A stretch of DNA of 22,705 nucleotides from Bdellovibrionota bacterium (lineage in GTDB: Bacteria; Bdellovibrionota_C; UBA2361; JBGSMV01), in contig JBGSMV010000019.1 in NCBI GenBank assembly GCA_041739995.1, positions 1-22,705 on the forward strand, read 5' to 3'. A model generated the notes under the pieces. That model ran no database searches and was not told where the DNA came from. It saw only the letters and a program-made list of their open reading frames with translations. The position numbers and the translations under genes are program-made. Every line of letters begins with the position of its first letter. Position 1 is the stretch's first letter. Shown here one piece after another: positions 1 to 7,630 of this stretch.

Positions 1-16
1 CCAAGGCTGCGGCGTG

Positions 17-69
17 GCTCAATCTTTTCTAAAAGTTACGCGCAACGTAACTTTTGAAAAGGATTGAGC
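17..69. repeat. Long imperfect inverted repeat (hairpin) abutting the tRNA 3' remnant
   Basis: GCTCAATCTTTTCTAAAAGTTACG (17-40), loop CGCAA, then CGTAACTTTTGAAAAGGATTGAGC (46-69), whose reverse complement is GCTCAATCCTTTTCAAAAGTTACG. No clear U-tract follows, so terminator function is not established. Confidence 0.75.
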
Positions 70-141
70 GTCCTCGATAGGCTCGCTCAATAAACAGCGA
101 GCCATAGGCTTCACTCTACTATTCGACCCCAAGTTTAGGAA
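68..141 (-). repeat. Displaced, interrupted 3' half of tRNA-Arg(CCT); att-like direct repeat
   Basis: 68-83 GCGTCCTCGATAGGCT = 5724-5739; 104-112 ATAGGCTTC = 5733-5741; 124-141 CGACCCCAAGTTTAGGAA = 5749-5766. Identity stops exactly at the edge of the 7-nt anticodon loop. Confidence 0.88.
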
Positions 142-429
142 CACCACCTTGTGATGCAACCTGCCGAACCAGCGATTTCTGAACAACGCCGGCACGTTAA
201 ATTATTTAATTATCGTAGTGAATTACTCACTGTCGATCAAGGACGATGTGTTGAGACTTGTTGGGAGATTCTGAGTAAAGTTGGAGTGAAATGGATCACA
301 AAAATCGGTAGAGAGGTGCCTCATCGGCACTGTCACAACTCCTGATGTAAACTTTGGGAAAAATTGCATTCGTTTCAAAGGAGTGACACGGGATCGAGGG
401 TTGTCTAACTTTACGAGCCACTCCAGCCC

Positions 430-1176
430 CTAGCGCATCGGAATAACTACTGCACCAGTTGAACGAGCGTGCACCGGAACAATAACCCCATACACCGCCT
501 GCCAGGTTGCAAAGAACAGAGCAGTCGCTTCAATAGGAGCTACAAGTCCATACCCGGCCGTGGTCTGCGTGGACATACTTAGCAGGAATGCTTGCTTAGG
601 AGCGGAGACTATTACGTTGAATTGATCGACCGAATTGAGTCCAATATACAAGTAAACAATTGCAAACCAAACGAGTGCCTGCAGGTAGCTCAGAAGAGTC
701 ATCAATATGTCTCTCTGAATTTGTTCGCGAGATCGCTCCCACAGCCGTATGTTGTGAATAAAGAATCCAATTACTCCCAACCTAAGGCCTTTAACGCTGA
801 GGTCGATAATCCTGAAAATTGCGACAACAAAAAGCAGTCTATGAAAAGACGTAAGCGCCGATGAGGTAAAATTGCAAAGAACCAGAAGCGACATGGCAAA
901 TAAAGTAAGATGGAAAATGTCGTGTCGATTTTGCCTTCTGATTTCTGATTCCGTGACCCTATCTCCTCGCGGAAGTCCCGAGAATGAGAAATAACGCGCC
1001 CAGATGTTTGTGATCGCAATAAACGCTGAGACAACTATATAAGGGGACTGAATGTGAAAATCGTCTTTCTTGGACGAGTTTTCATCACTGGACTCGATCT
1101 TAAGACCTACTACCTGATTGCACTGTGGGCAAACGGAGGAATGCGGAACCCCGGAACTGCCTGGTTCATGTATCAA
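430..1176 (-). CDS. Membrane protein with potassium-channel-like pore domain (Ion_trans_2-like)
   Basis: 248 aa with several hydrophobic helices. C-terminal TM, pore helix, filter and TM arrangement: LVWFAIVYLYIG...AFLLSMSTQTTAGYGLVAP...LFFATWQAVYGVI (TxGYG signature). Confidence 0.7.
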   Translation of the reverse strand: MIHEPGSSGVPHSSVCPQCNQVVGLKIESSDENSSKKDDFHIQSPYIVVSAFIAITNIWARYFSFSGLPRGDRVTESEIRRQNRHDIFHLTLFAMSLLVLCNFTSSALTSFHRLLFVVAIFRIIDLSVKGLRLGVIGFFIHNIRLWERSREQIQRDILMTLLSYLQALVWFAIVYLYIGLNSVDQFNVIVSAPKQAFLLSMSTQTTAGYGLVAPIEATALFFATWQAVYGVIVPVHARSTGAVVIPMR

Positions 1177-1231
1177 CTTACGTTACCCTTAGAATGTAAG
1201 GCTGGCCCGAAATTTTTTTAGTGCTGTAATA

Positions 1232-2899
1232 TCATTGAGCTAAAAGCTCCCGTGCGCGTATGCTCGCATCTTTCAAGGACGCACATAAGTTCTTGTCCCC
1301 AATGATTTCATGAAATTCAGCACGTCGCATCATTCGAGCTGGTTGATCTCGCATGCCACACAGTATTAGATGTCGCCCCGAACCATGAATTTTATTGGCC
1401 AGTGCTTCAAGCGCATGCAAACCCGTTGCATCGATCGCATTCATATTCCGGAGTCTGAGTACCACTACTTTCGGAAGTTCCGTAAGCAATGACTCAACGA
1501 TCTCCAGCTTGTCGGTAGCGCCAAAGAGGAATGGACCATGAATACGAAAAACAGCGGCGCCATCCGGCATCGAATTCAGCTGCAAACTGTGCACTATCCC
1601 CTGCTCAACATATTCGGGCGTAACCAAATCTACCGTGGTCGTACCTGTGACCTTATTAATATAGAGCAACATCGCCATTATCATTCCGGCCTCGACCGCG
1701 ACGGTTAGGTCAGCAAATACGGTTAGTAGAAATGTAATCGCCCAGACTATGACACTTGAAGTGCTAAGACGAAAAATCTCGGGGATCTCGCGCCACTCCC
1801 CCATATTGTAGGCAACGGCAAACAAAATAGCAGAGAGCATGCAAAGAGGCATATGCTGGGCTAAAGGTGCTGCCACAAGTATTACTGCCAGCAGCGTAAG
1901 GGCATGAACCATTCCCGCCACCGGCGATTTAGCCCCTGATTTTATGTTAGTGGCAGTTCTCGCGATGGCTCCTGTCGCAGGTAGTCCACCAAAAAGCGGA
2001 GATACGATATTCGCTATACCTTGCGCAACTAGTTCGACATTTGGGTTGTGCTTATCATTTGACATTTTATCTGAGACAACCGCGGAAAGCAGGCTTTCGA
2101 TTGCCCCGAGCATCGTGACGGTGAGAGTAGGAGCGAGGAGCGGAAGTATCAGGTCAGTCCGAAAAGTCGGCCAATGAATAGACGGGATACCACTCGGGAT
2201 ACCACCGAAACGAGTTTGTATCGTCTCAACCGGAAGATCCAATCCCCACGCCGCCAACGTGCCCAAGATCAAAGCTACTACGGATCCCGGAATGGATTTG
2301 AAATATTTAACCACCAGTACAATTACTAAGAGAGAAAAAGCCCCCAGGCCCATCGTCAGATTGTCGAGTGTATACCAGTTGGTAATTATTGCCTGCATTC
2401 GACCAATGAAGTCGCCAGGCACATGGGCTATTTGCAGACCAAAGAAATCTTTTATTTGAGTGCTTGCTATGAGAACCGCAATGCCATTAGTGAAACCGAT
2501 TACCACCGGGCGGGGAATATATTTCACCGCCGTTCCGAGTCCTGTTGCTCCGATTAAAACGAGCAACACCCCTGCCATGAGGGTGCACATGTAAAGTCCA
2601 TCAATACCGTGCTTAATAACAATATCGGATATGACTACTACGAAGGCGCCGGTTGGACCCCCGATTTGGGTCTTAGAGCCCCCGAGTGCGGAGATAATGA
2701 AACCCGCAACAATTGCGCAATAGATTCCAGATTGCGGCGCGACTCCGGACGAAATCGCAAAAGCCATCGCAAGAGGCAGAGCGACAAGCCCGACGGTTAT
2801 TCCTGCGACTAGATCGGCAACAAAAAATCTTAGATTATATCCACGAAGACAAATTATACTCTTGGGTAAGAACCAATCAGTATCAGTGTCGGCTGCCAT
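1232..2899 (-). CDS. sulP: SulP/SLC26 family anion (sulfate/bicarbonate/dicarboxylate) transporter with C-terminal STAS domain
   Basis: 555 aa. DLVAGITVGLVALPLAMAFA, GGSKTQIGGPTGA, NVELVAQGIANI, GAIARTATNIKSGAKSP; STAS motifs GPFLFGA and IDATGLHAL. Confidence 0.95.
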   Translation of the reverse strand: MAADTDTDWFLPKSIICLRGYNLRFFVADLVAGITVGLVALPLAMAFAISSGVAPQSGIYCAIVAGFIISALGGSKTQIGGPTGAFVVVISDIVIKHGIDGLYMCTLMAGVLLVLIGATGLGTAVKYIPRPVVIGFTNGIAVLIASTQIKDFFGLQIAHVPGDFIGRMQAIITNWYTLDNLTMGLGAFSLLVIVLVVKYFKSIPGSVVALILGTLAAWGLDLPVETIQTRFGGIPSGIPSIHWPTFRTDLILPLLAPTLTVTMLGAIESLLSAVVSDKMSNDKHNPNVELVAQGIANIVSPLFGGLPATGAIARTATNIKSGAKSPVAGMVHALTLLAVILVAAPLAQHMPLCMLSAILFAVAYNMGEWREIPEIFRLSTSSVIVWAITFLLTVFADLTVAVEAGMIMAMLLYINKVTGTTTVDLVTPEYVEQGIVHSLQLNSMPDGAAVFRIHGPFLFGATDKLEIVESLLTELPKVVVLRLRNMNAIDATGLHALEALANKIHGSGRHLILCGMRDQPARMMRRAEFHEIIGDKNLCASLKDASIRARELLAQ

Positions 2900-2905
2900 A
2901 AGTCA

Positions 2906-3256
2906 TTAATCCAAACCTCGCAAAACCTCAAAAGCTTCTTCCAGATGTGCCTGAAAGAAATCTTTCAAAGAATCCAGAACCTTTCCGAGCACTGGATCTC
3001 TCAAAGAATAAAAAACCTGATTCCCTTCTTTGCGTGTCGAGACAAGATTCTTACTCCGAAGCACGGCTAAATGCTGTGAAGCATTCGACTGCTCAACATT
3101 GAGGCACTCAAGCAGCTCAGATACGCCCCGCTCCTTCTCTTTCAATAGCTCCAAGATCTGAATTCTTGTCGGATTCGCTAGAGCTTGAAATATGCGTGCT
3201 TTAAAAATACGAAGCGACTCCTGCGCTTCAGTATCTTTTTTCTTTCGGTACGGCAT
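2906..3256 (-). CDS. ArsR/SmtB family transcriptional regulator
   Basis: FQALANPTRIQILELL...VSELL...SNASQHLAVLRSKNLVSTRKEGNQVFYSL winged HTH. The ATG at 3256 is preceded by GGAG (the ORF track extends to a TTG at 3268). Overlaps the pckG 3' end by 29 bp. Confidence 0.93.
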   Translation of the reverse strand: MPYRKKKDTEAQESLRIFKARIFQALANPTRIQILELLKEKERGVSELLECLNVEQSNASQHLAVLRSKNLVSTRKEGNQVFYSLRDPVLGKVLDSLKDFFQAHLEEAFEVLRGLD

Positions 3257-5048
3257 GGCGGCTCCCAACAGTATTAAACCCCAACCTTTTCTTTAGCTGC
3301 TCATGCTCATACCAAATCGCGGGTGGGCAGCGATCCCCGAGCGAACGGAGCAACTCCCCTTGGGAAGCCAAATCATCACCCCACTCGGCAGGGTCAATCT
3401 TAAAAAGTGCGAGGATCGACTTCGCCTCGATATCTAATCCCAATGCATTTAGGTCGGTAAGATACGGGAGCATGCCCAGAGGTGCCTCTAGTGCTTTTAC
3501 AGAGTTCTCGACACGCCGAATCATCCATTCTATCACTCTTAAATTTTCGCCGAAGCCTGGCCAAAGGAATTTCCCCTGGCCATCCTTACGAAACCAGTTT
3601 ACATGAAAAATACGCGGCATATGCGCTCTGGGGCTACCACCCACCTTAAGCCAATGACCGAAATAATCCCCTAAGTGGTAACCAATGAATGGTTTCATCG
3701 CCATCGGGTCCCTTCGCAGCTTACCAACCTGGCCCTCGGCAGCAGCTGTTAATTCAGAACACAAAGTGGCACCGACGAAAGTTCCGTGTCTCCAACTGAA
3801 GCTTTCATAAATCAAAGGAGCTGCGCTCGACCTTCTTCCGCCAAAAATAATTGCGGAAATCGGAACTCCTTCCGGACTCTCCCAATGTGGGTCAATTGAC
3901 GGGCACTGCGAAGCTCGGACCGTAAAGCGCGCGTTCGGGTGCGAGAGAACTTTGTCCGACTCTGCATTGCAGTCTACGTTTTTCCAGGAAAACAATCTCT
4001 TCGGGCCTTCGCACTTCCCATCCCACCATGGAATATCTCTTTCCGGGTCTAACGCAGTGTTTGTAAAGATCGTATTCTTAGAGATCGTAGCAATCGCATT
4101 TGGATTCGTCTTTTGGCTTGTTCCGGCCGCTACCCCAAAGAAGCCCGCTTCCGGATTTGTAGCCCAGAGACGACCGTCCTTTCCAATTCGGAGCCACGCT
4201 ATATCATCCGCAACTGTTTCCACCTTCCATCCAGCCTCGCGGTAAGCAGGCGGAGGAACAAGCATCGCGAGATTCGTCTTACCGCAAGCCGAGGGGAAGG
4301 CTGCGCAAATATAATGCTTGGTTTTCCATGGCGTGGTTACCCCGACGATAAGCATGTGCTCAGCCAGCCAACCCTCATCTCTTGCTTGGCACGACGCAAT
4401 ACGGAGCGCAAAACATTTTTTCCCCTGCAGGGCATTGCCACCATAATTTGAATTTACGCTTACGATCTCTCTTGTTTCAGGAAAATGACAAATATACCGG
4501 CTGCCCGGGTCCATCGACCCAGTCGAGTGTATTCCTCGCACGAAATCGCTACTGTCATCCCCAAGGTGATCGAGCGCGACCTTGCCAACTCTCGTCATAA
4601 GGCACATGCTTGCTGCAACGTAGGCAGAATCAGTAAGCTCAAATCCAACCTTAGAGAAAGCACTGCCAGCGGGCCCCATTAGATAGGGAACCACGTAGAG
4701 TGTTCTGTCTACCATTACTTCCGCGAGGATTTCGTTCAACTGCCTTTTCGCTTTCACGGGATCCAGCCAGTTGTTTGTTGGCCCCGCATCATCCTTGGCC
4801 TTGCAGCAAATGAAAGTTCTGTCTTCAACACGCGCGACATCAAGAGGATCCGAGGTGTACCAAAATGAGTTTGGGTACTCGCTCTCATTGAGCTTTGTAA
4901 ACTCACCAGTTTCTACCAATAGTTTGCACAACGCCGCGTAATCCTTATCGGGATCAAGGATCCATTTGGTCGCTCTGGGCTTCAGTAACGAGAGGCTCTC
5001 GCTGATCCACGCAGATAGAACTTTATTACTTGTCGGCTCGCTTCCCAT
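3228..5048 (-). CDS. pckG: Phosphoenolpyruvate carboxykinase (GTP-dependent)
   Basis: 606 aa. DVARVE, NYGGNALQGKKCFALRIAS, WLAEHMLI, AAFPSACGKTNLAM (P-loop), DDIAW, NPEAGFFGVA, HPNARFT, IIFGGRR, FHVNWFRK. Confidence 0.97.
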   Translation of the reverse strand: MGSEPTSNKVLSAWISESLSLLKPRATKWILDPDKDYAALCKLLVETGEFTKLNESEYPNSFWYTSDPLDVARVEDRTFICCKAKDDAGPTNNWLDPVKAKRQLNEILAEVMVDRTLYVVPYLMGPAGSAFSKVGFELTDSAYVAASMCLMTRVGKVALDHLGDDSSDFVRGIHSTGSMDPGSRYICHFPETREIVSVNSNYGGNALQGKKCFALRIASCQARDEGWLAEHMLIVGVTTPWKTKHYICAAFPSACGKTNLAMLVPPPAYREAGWKVETVADDIAWLRIGKDGRLWATNPEAGFFGVAAGTSQKTNPNAIATISKNTIFTNTALDPERDIPWWDGKCEGPKRLFSWKNVDCNAESDKVLSHPNARFTVRASQCPSIDPHWESPEGVPISAIIFGGRRSSAAPLIYESFSWRHGTFVGATLCSELTAAAEGQVGKLRRDPMAMKPFIGYHLGDYFGHWLKVGGSPRAHMPRIFHVNWFRKDGQGKFLWPGFGENLRVIEWMIRRVENSVKALEAPLGMLPYLTDLNALGLDIEAKSILALFKIDPAEWGDDLASQGELLRSLGDRCPPAIWYEHEQLKKRLGFNTVGSRHAVPKEKRY

Positions 5049-5055
5049 GACACTC

Positions 5056-5085
5056 TTAGTATATTGGCATATTCTAATATACTAA
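5056..5085. promoter_or_regulatory. Palindromic operator, probably bound by the co-encoded ArsR regulator
   Basis: Perfect 10-bp arms TTAGTATATT (5056-5065) and AATATACTAA (5076-5085), 10-bp spacer. Lies just upstream of the pckG ATG and overlaps the predicted -10. Confidence 0.7.
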
Positions 5086-5107
5086 TGTAGAATGGTAATT
5101 GATGCAA
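5079..5107 (-). promoter_or_regulatory. Sigma70-type promoter of pckG-arsR-sulP
   Basis: Minus strand TTGCAT (5107-5102), 17 bp, TAGTAT (5084-5079). Confidence 0.6.
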
Positions 5108-5231
5108 GGGATTCGGCAACTGCCAAATCGAGCCCCATCGCATGAATCTCATTGGCAACAGCTCGTTAGCGAATGGAAACCGAGATCCTTGAAGATCCGA
5201 GAAAAGTGAGCAAAACCACATCGGGGGATTT

Positions 5232-5480
5232 TTGGAACATAAAGAACAATCGACAGCTGATAACGATCCGTCGATCAAAACTTCGCACGAAGCAGCCCTA
5301 CCAGAGAGGCAGCTAGTTCACACCGAGGAAGTTAACAGCAAACGAGAAGAGAGACAGGGCGAACGTGCAGCAATTTTTTATGTGGGGTTTCTATTGCTGC
5401 GTATAGTTTTAGCAGTTTTATTTCTATTTTTTTTGCTGTTTAGCAATTGGGGCCGTAATTTTAGCAATCCCGGACATTGA
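5232..5480 (+). CDS. Small hypothetical membrane protein
   Basis: 82-aa ORF with a charged N-terminus and one long hydrophobic C-terminal segment (AAIFYVGFLLLRIVLAVLFLFFLLF). TTG start is uncertain. Confidence 0.4.
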   Translation: MEHKEQSTADNDPSIKTSHEAALPERQLVHTEEVNSKREERQGERAAIFYVGFLLLRIVLAVLFLFFLLFSNWGRNFSNPGH

Positions 5481-5721
5481 TGTTTCTGTTTTTCATCGTC
5501 GGGTACACTCGTGGCTCTCATTAACAATATTGTTCGAGCCTCATCAGAGTCGATCGTTGTTCCTGTTTGCTAAACTCATCTAGTGCCCGGCTCCGCGCGG
5601 CCCAGCTCATCGCTGGCTAGTGGCACCGGTTGAGAGATGTTGTGGCAATTGAATCAATAATGGATCAGCGCTATTCACGACAAATTTTCACTCGCCGCAA
5701 CAAATTGATTTGATTAAGAAT

Positions 5722-5798
5722 TGGCGTCCTCGATAGGCTTCGAACCTACGACCCCAAGTTTAGGAAACTTGTGCTCTATCCAACTGAGCTACGCGGAC
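5722..5798 (-). tRNA. tRNA-Arg, anticodon CCT
   Basis: Minus strand GTCCGCG TA GCTC AGTTGGATA GAGC A CAAGT TTCCTAA ACTTG GGGTC GTAGG TTCGAAG CCTAT CGAGGAC G CCA; 77 nt cloverleaf with encoded CCA. Confidence 0.96.
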
Positions 5799-5808
5799 AA
5801 CTAGTAAC

Positions 5809-5837
5809 AGTGTGACCACGGCGACACGGGACGTCAA
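5809..5837 (-). promoter_or_regulatory. Putative sigma70 promoter of the tRNA gene
   Basis: Minus strand TTGACG (5837-5832), 17 bp, CACACT (5814-5809), 10 nt before the mature tRNA 5' end. Confidence 0.45.
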
Positions 5838-5902
5838 GGTTTAGGTAGCGGGGACGAATTTTGAGGCCTGGTAGGCGACTAGAGGCGGGAGGACCGCAAC
5901 CA

Positions 5903-6622
5903 CTAACGGAAGAAGACCAGAGGATCTATCGCTACGTTCTTCCCATTTCGGTCTTTGATTCTGGTTTCAAAGTGAAGGTGCGGGCCCGTCACATGCCCGG
6001 TCTGACCCAGCTCAGCAATCCGAGCTCCACGCTTAACTGTCTGACCCACCCTAACCAGGTTTCGATCGTTGTGCGCATATACATGCAATAGGCCTGGAGA
6101 GCGGATAACCACAATGTTTCCATACCCTCGAATCTTGTTGTTACTGTACACCACCACCCCATCAAGAGCGGCGTATATCGGCGTGCCCACGGGGCCAGCA
6201 AGATCAAGTCCTTCGTGGAAGTTGTTCCAACGAGGGCCGAACTTTGAAACTAATCTGGTCTTCGGTGCAGGCCAAATCATCTGCCCAATGTAGCGACGTG
6301 CTTCAGAAAGTCGAATTTGCTTCGCGGAACCTGCATCAGATTTCGTCGTTGGTGGGCGAGTCGATACTATCGCCGGCCCCTGCCCTCCAGAAGGAACTCG
6401 CAACACTTGCCCAACCGAGAGTCGATTGGGATCATCGAGGTCGTTCACGTCAACTAACTCGGCAAGGGTGACCGAGTAGCGCTGGGAAATGCTAAAAAGC
6501 GTGTCTCCACGCCGGACCGGATAGTCAAAGGTTCGTGGAGAACCACCAAACAAGCTGCAGCTTGTGGTGCATAGCGAGACCAATAATAAGACTAGCGCAT
6601 TTCGAGGATGGCTCACCCACAC
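5903..6622 (-). CDS. nlpD: LysM + peptidase M23 lipoprotein (NlpD-like)
   Basis: Lipoprotein-like signal (LLLVSLCTTSC), LysM (YPVRRGDTLFSISQRY...NRLSVGQVLRVP), M23 motifs HEGLD, YAH and GPHLHFE. Follows pcm; strong SD before the GTG. Confidence 0.88.
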   Translation of the reverse strand: MWVSHPRNALVLLLVSLCTTSCSLFGGSPRTFDYPVRRGDTLFSISQRYSVTLAELVDVNDLDDPNRLSVGQVLRVPSGGQGPAIVSTRPPTTKSDAGSAKQIRLSEARRYIGQMIWPAPKTRLVSKFGPRWNNFHEGLDLAGPVGTPIYAALDGVVVYSNNKIRGYGNIVVIRSPGLLHVYAHNDRNLVRVGQTVKRGARIAELGQTGHVTGPHLHFETRIKDRNGKNVAIDPLVFFR

Positions 6623-6691
6623 GACTCCTTCCTCTCCCGAACTGAAACAACGCGCCCCATCACCACATGCATCGAAAATGAGAGCAGGCCT

Positions 6692-7363
6692 CTATTGAGA
6701 CTGGCCTTCTACAAAATTACAGGGCTCTAATTGATAGAGCGCAACACCTGCGCCCTTGGCTTCCCAAAGAGTAAGTATCTGCCCTCTGGTATTCCCCACT
6801 GGGGCCACCATGCGCCCACCGGGGCTCTTAAGCTGACTCACCAACTCTGGCTCTATTGTCTCAAAAGCTGCGGAAACAACAATGGCATCATATGGCGCAT
6901 GTTCAGCCCACCCACGCCGCCCATCGCCTCTGCGAATAATCACATTTTGATAACTCATGGCGTCAAGTCGCCGTCGAGTCTGCTGCGCAAGTAAGCCGAC
7001 ATACTCGACCGCAAAAACGGTCGCTCCAGCTGCCGCCATCACGGCGCTGCAATATCCAGAGCCACACCCGACCTCGAGCACTCGCATGCCACGGCGAAGT
7101 CCAATAACACTCAACATGCGGGCCACTGTGGATGGTTTAGAGATGGTCTGTCCGTATCCAATCGGCAACGCAGTGTCTTCCGTGGCTCGTCGATTAAAAG
7201 CTTCGGCCACAAACTGATCGCGCGGCACACAAGAAAACGCCCGCACCAAGACCTCGGCGGTCTCGTCTTCTAAGACTCCTGCCTTTTGGACGATTTCCTC
7301 TGCAAACCTGGTCCAACCCTGCGAAACCGCTCGACGAGATCTCCCCGCTGCAGATACAGCCAT
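6692..7363 (-). CDS. pcm: Protein-L-isoaspartate O-methyltransferase
   Basis: VPRDQFV, LPIGYGQTISKP, RVLEVGCGSGY, GDGRRGWAEHAPYDAIVVSAA, QLKSPGGRMVAPVG; GGAGG SD. Confidence 0.94.
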   Translation of the reverse strand: MAVSAAGRSRRAVSQGWTRFAEEIVQKAGVLEDETAEVLVRAFSCVPRDQFVAEAFNRRATEDTALPIGYGQTISKPSTVARMLSVIGLRRGMRVLEVGCGSGYCSAVMAAAGATVFAVEYVGLLAQQTRRRLDAMSYQNVIIRRGDGRRGWAEHAPYDAIVVSAAFETIEPELVSQLKSPGGRMVAPVGNTRGQILTLWEAKGAGVALYQLEPCNFVEGQSQ

Positions 7364-7630
7364 AATTCCTCCGTGAACTTCCTAGCGATTCGCCTTGGTA
7401 TATTATTGAACTGATTGGCCTCCAGTGAGCCAATCTTGACCAAGTTCCAAAAGCCCCTGATAGTCATCAAAACTGTAGTTGGGGCTGAAGAACTTGGGCA
7501 ATCCCCTATTCCGCCTCTGACACGTGTCGAAGTCCCCAGAACGGGCCTTCACGCTTACTAATCGAGCCTGGTCAACACCTTACGAGGTCAGCAGGCACGA
7601 GAATGTTTTTTGGTTTACTCGGAGTTTTGC

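Larger units (their letters stand above)
68..5766. mobile_element. Genomic island/islet integrated at tRNA-Arg(CCT); no integrase retained
   Basis: Bounded by the intact tRNA and a direct repeat of its 3' half running from the anticodon loop to the acceptor end. Cargo is accessory-type. No recombinase ORF is recognisable between the repeats. Confidence 0.72.

Noticed and set aside
68..141. Second functional or intron-containing tRNA
   Set aside because: The 5' half (acceptor 5' strand, D-arm) is absent and CCA is missing; it is only a 3' remnant.
151..345. 64-aa ORF next to the att remnant, considered as an integrase/excisionase fragment
   Set aside because: No tyrosine- or serine-recombinase motif or HTH recognisable; weak start context.
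7364..7630. CIRCE/HrcA operator upstream of the DnaJ-like gene
   Set aside because: No TTAGCACTC-N9-GAGTGCTAA match.
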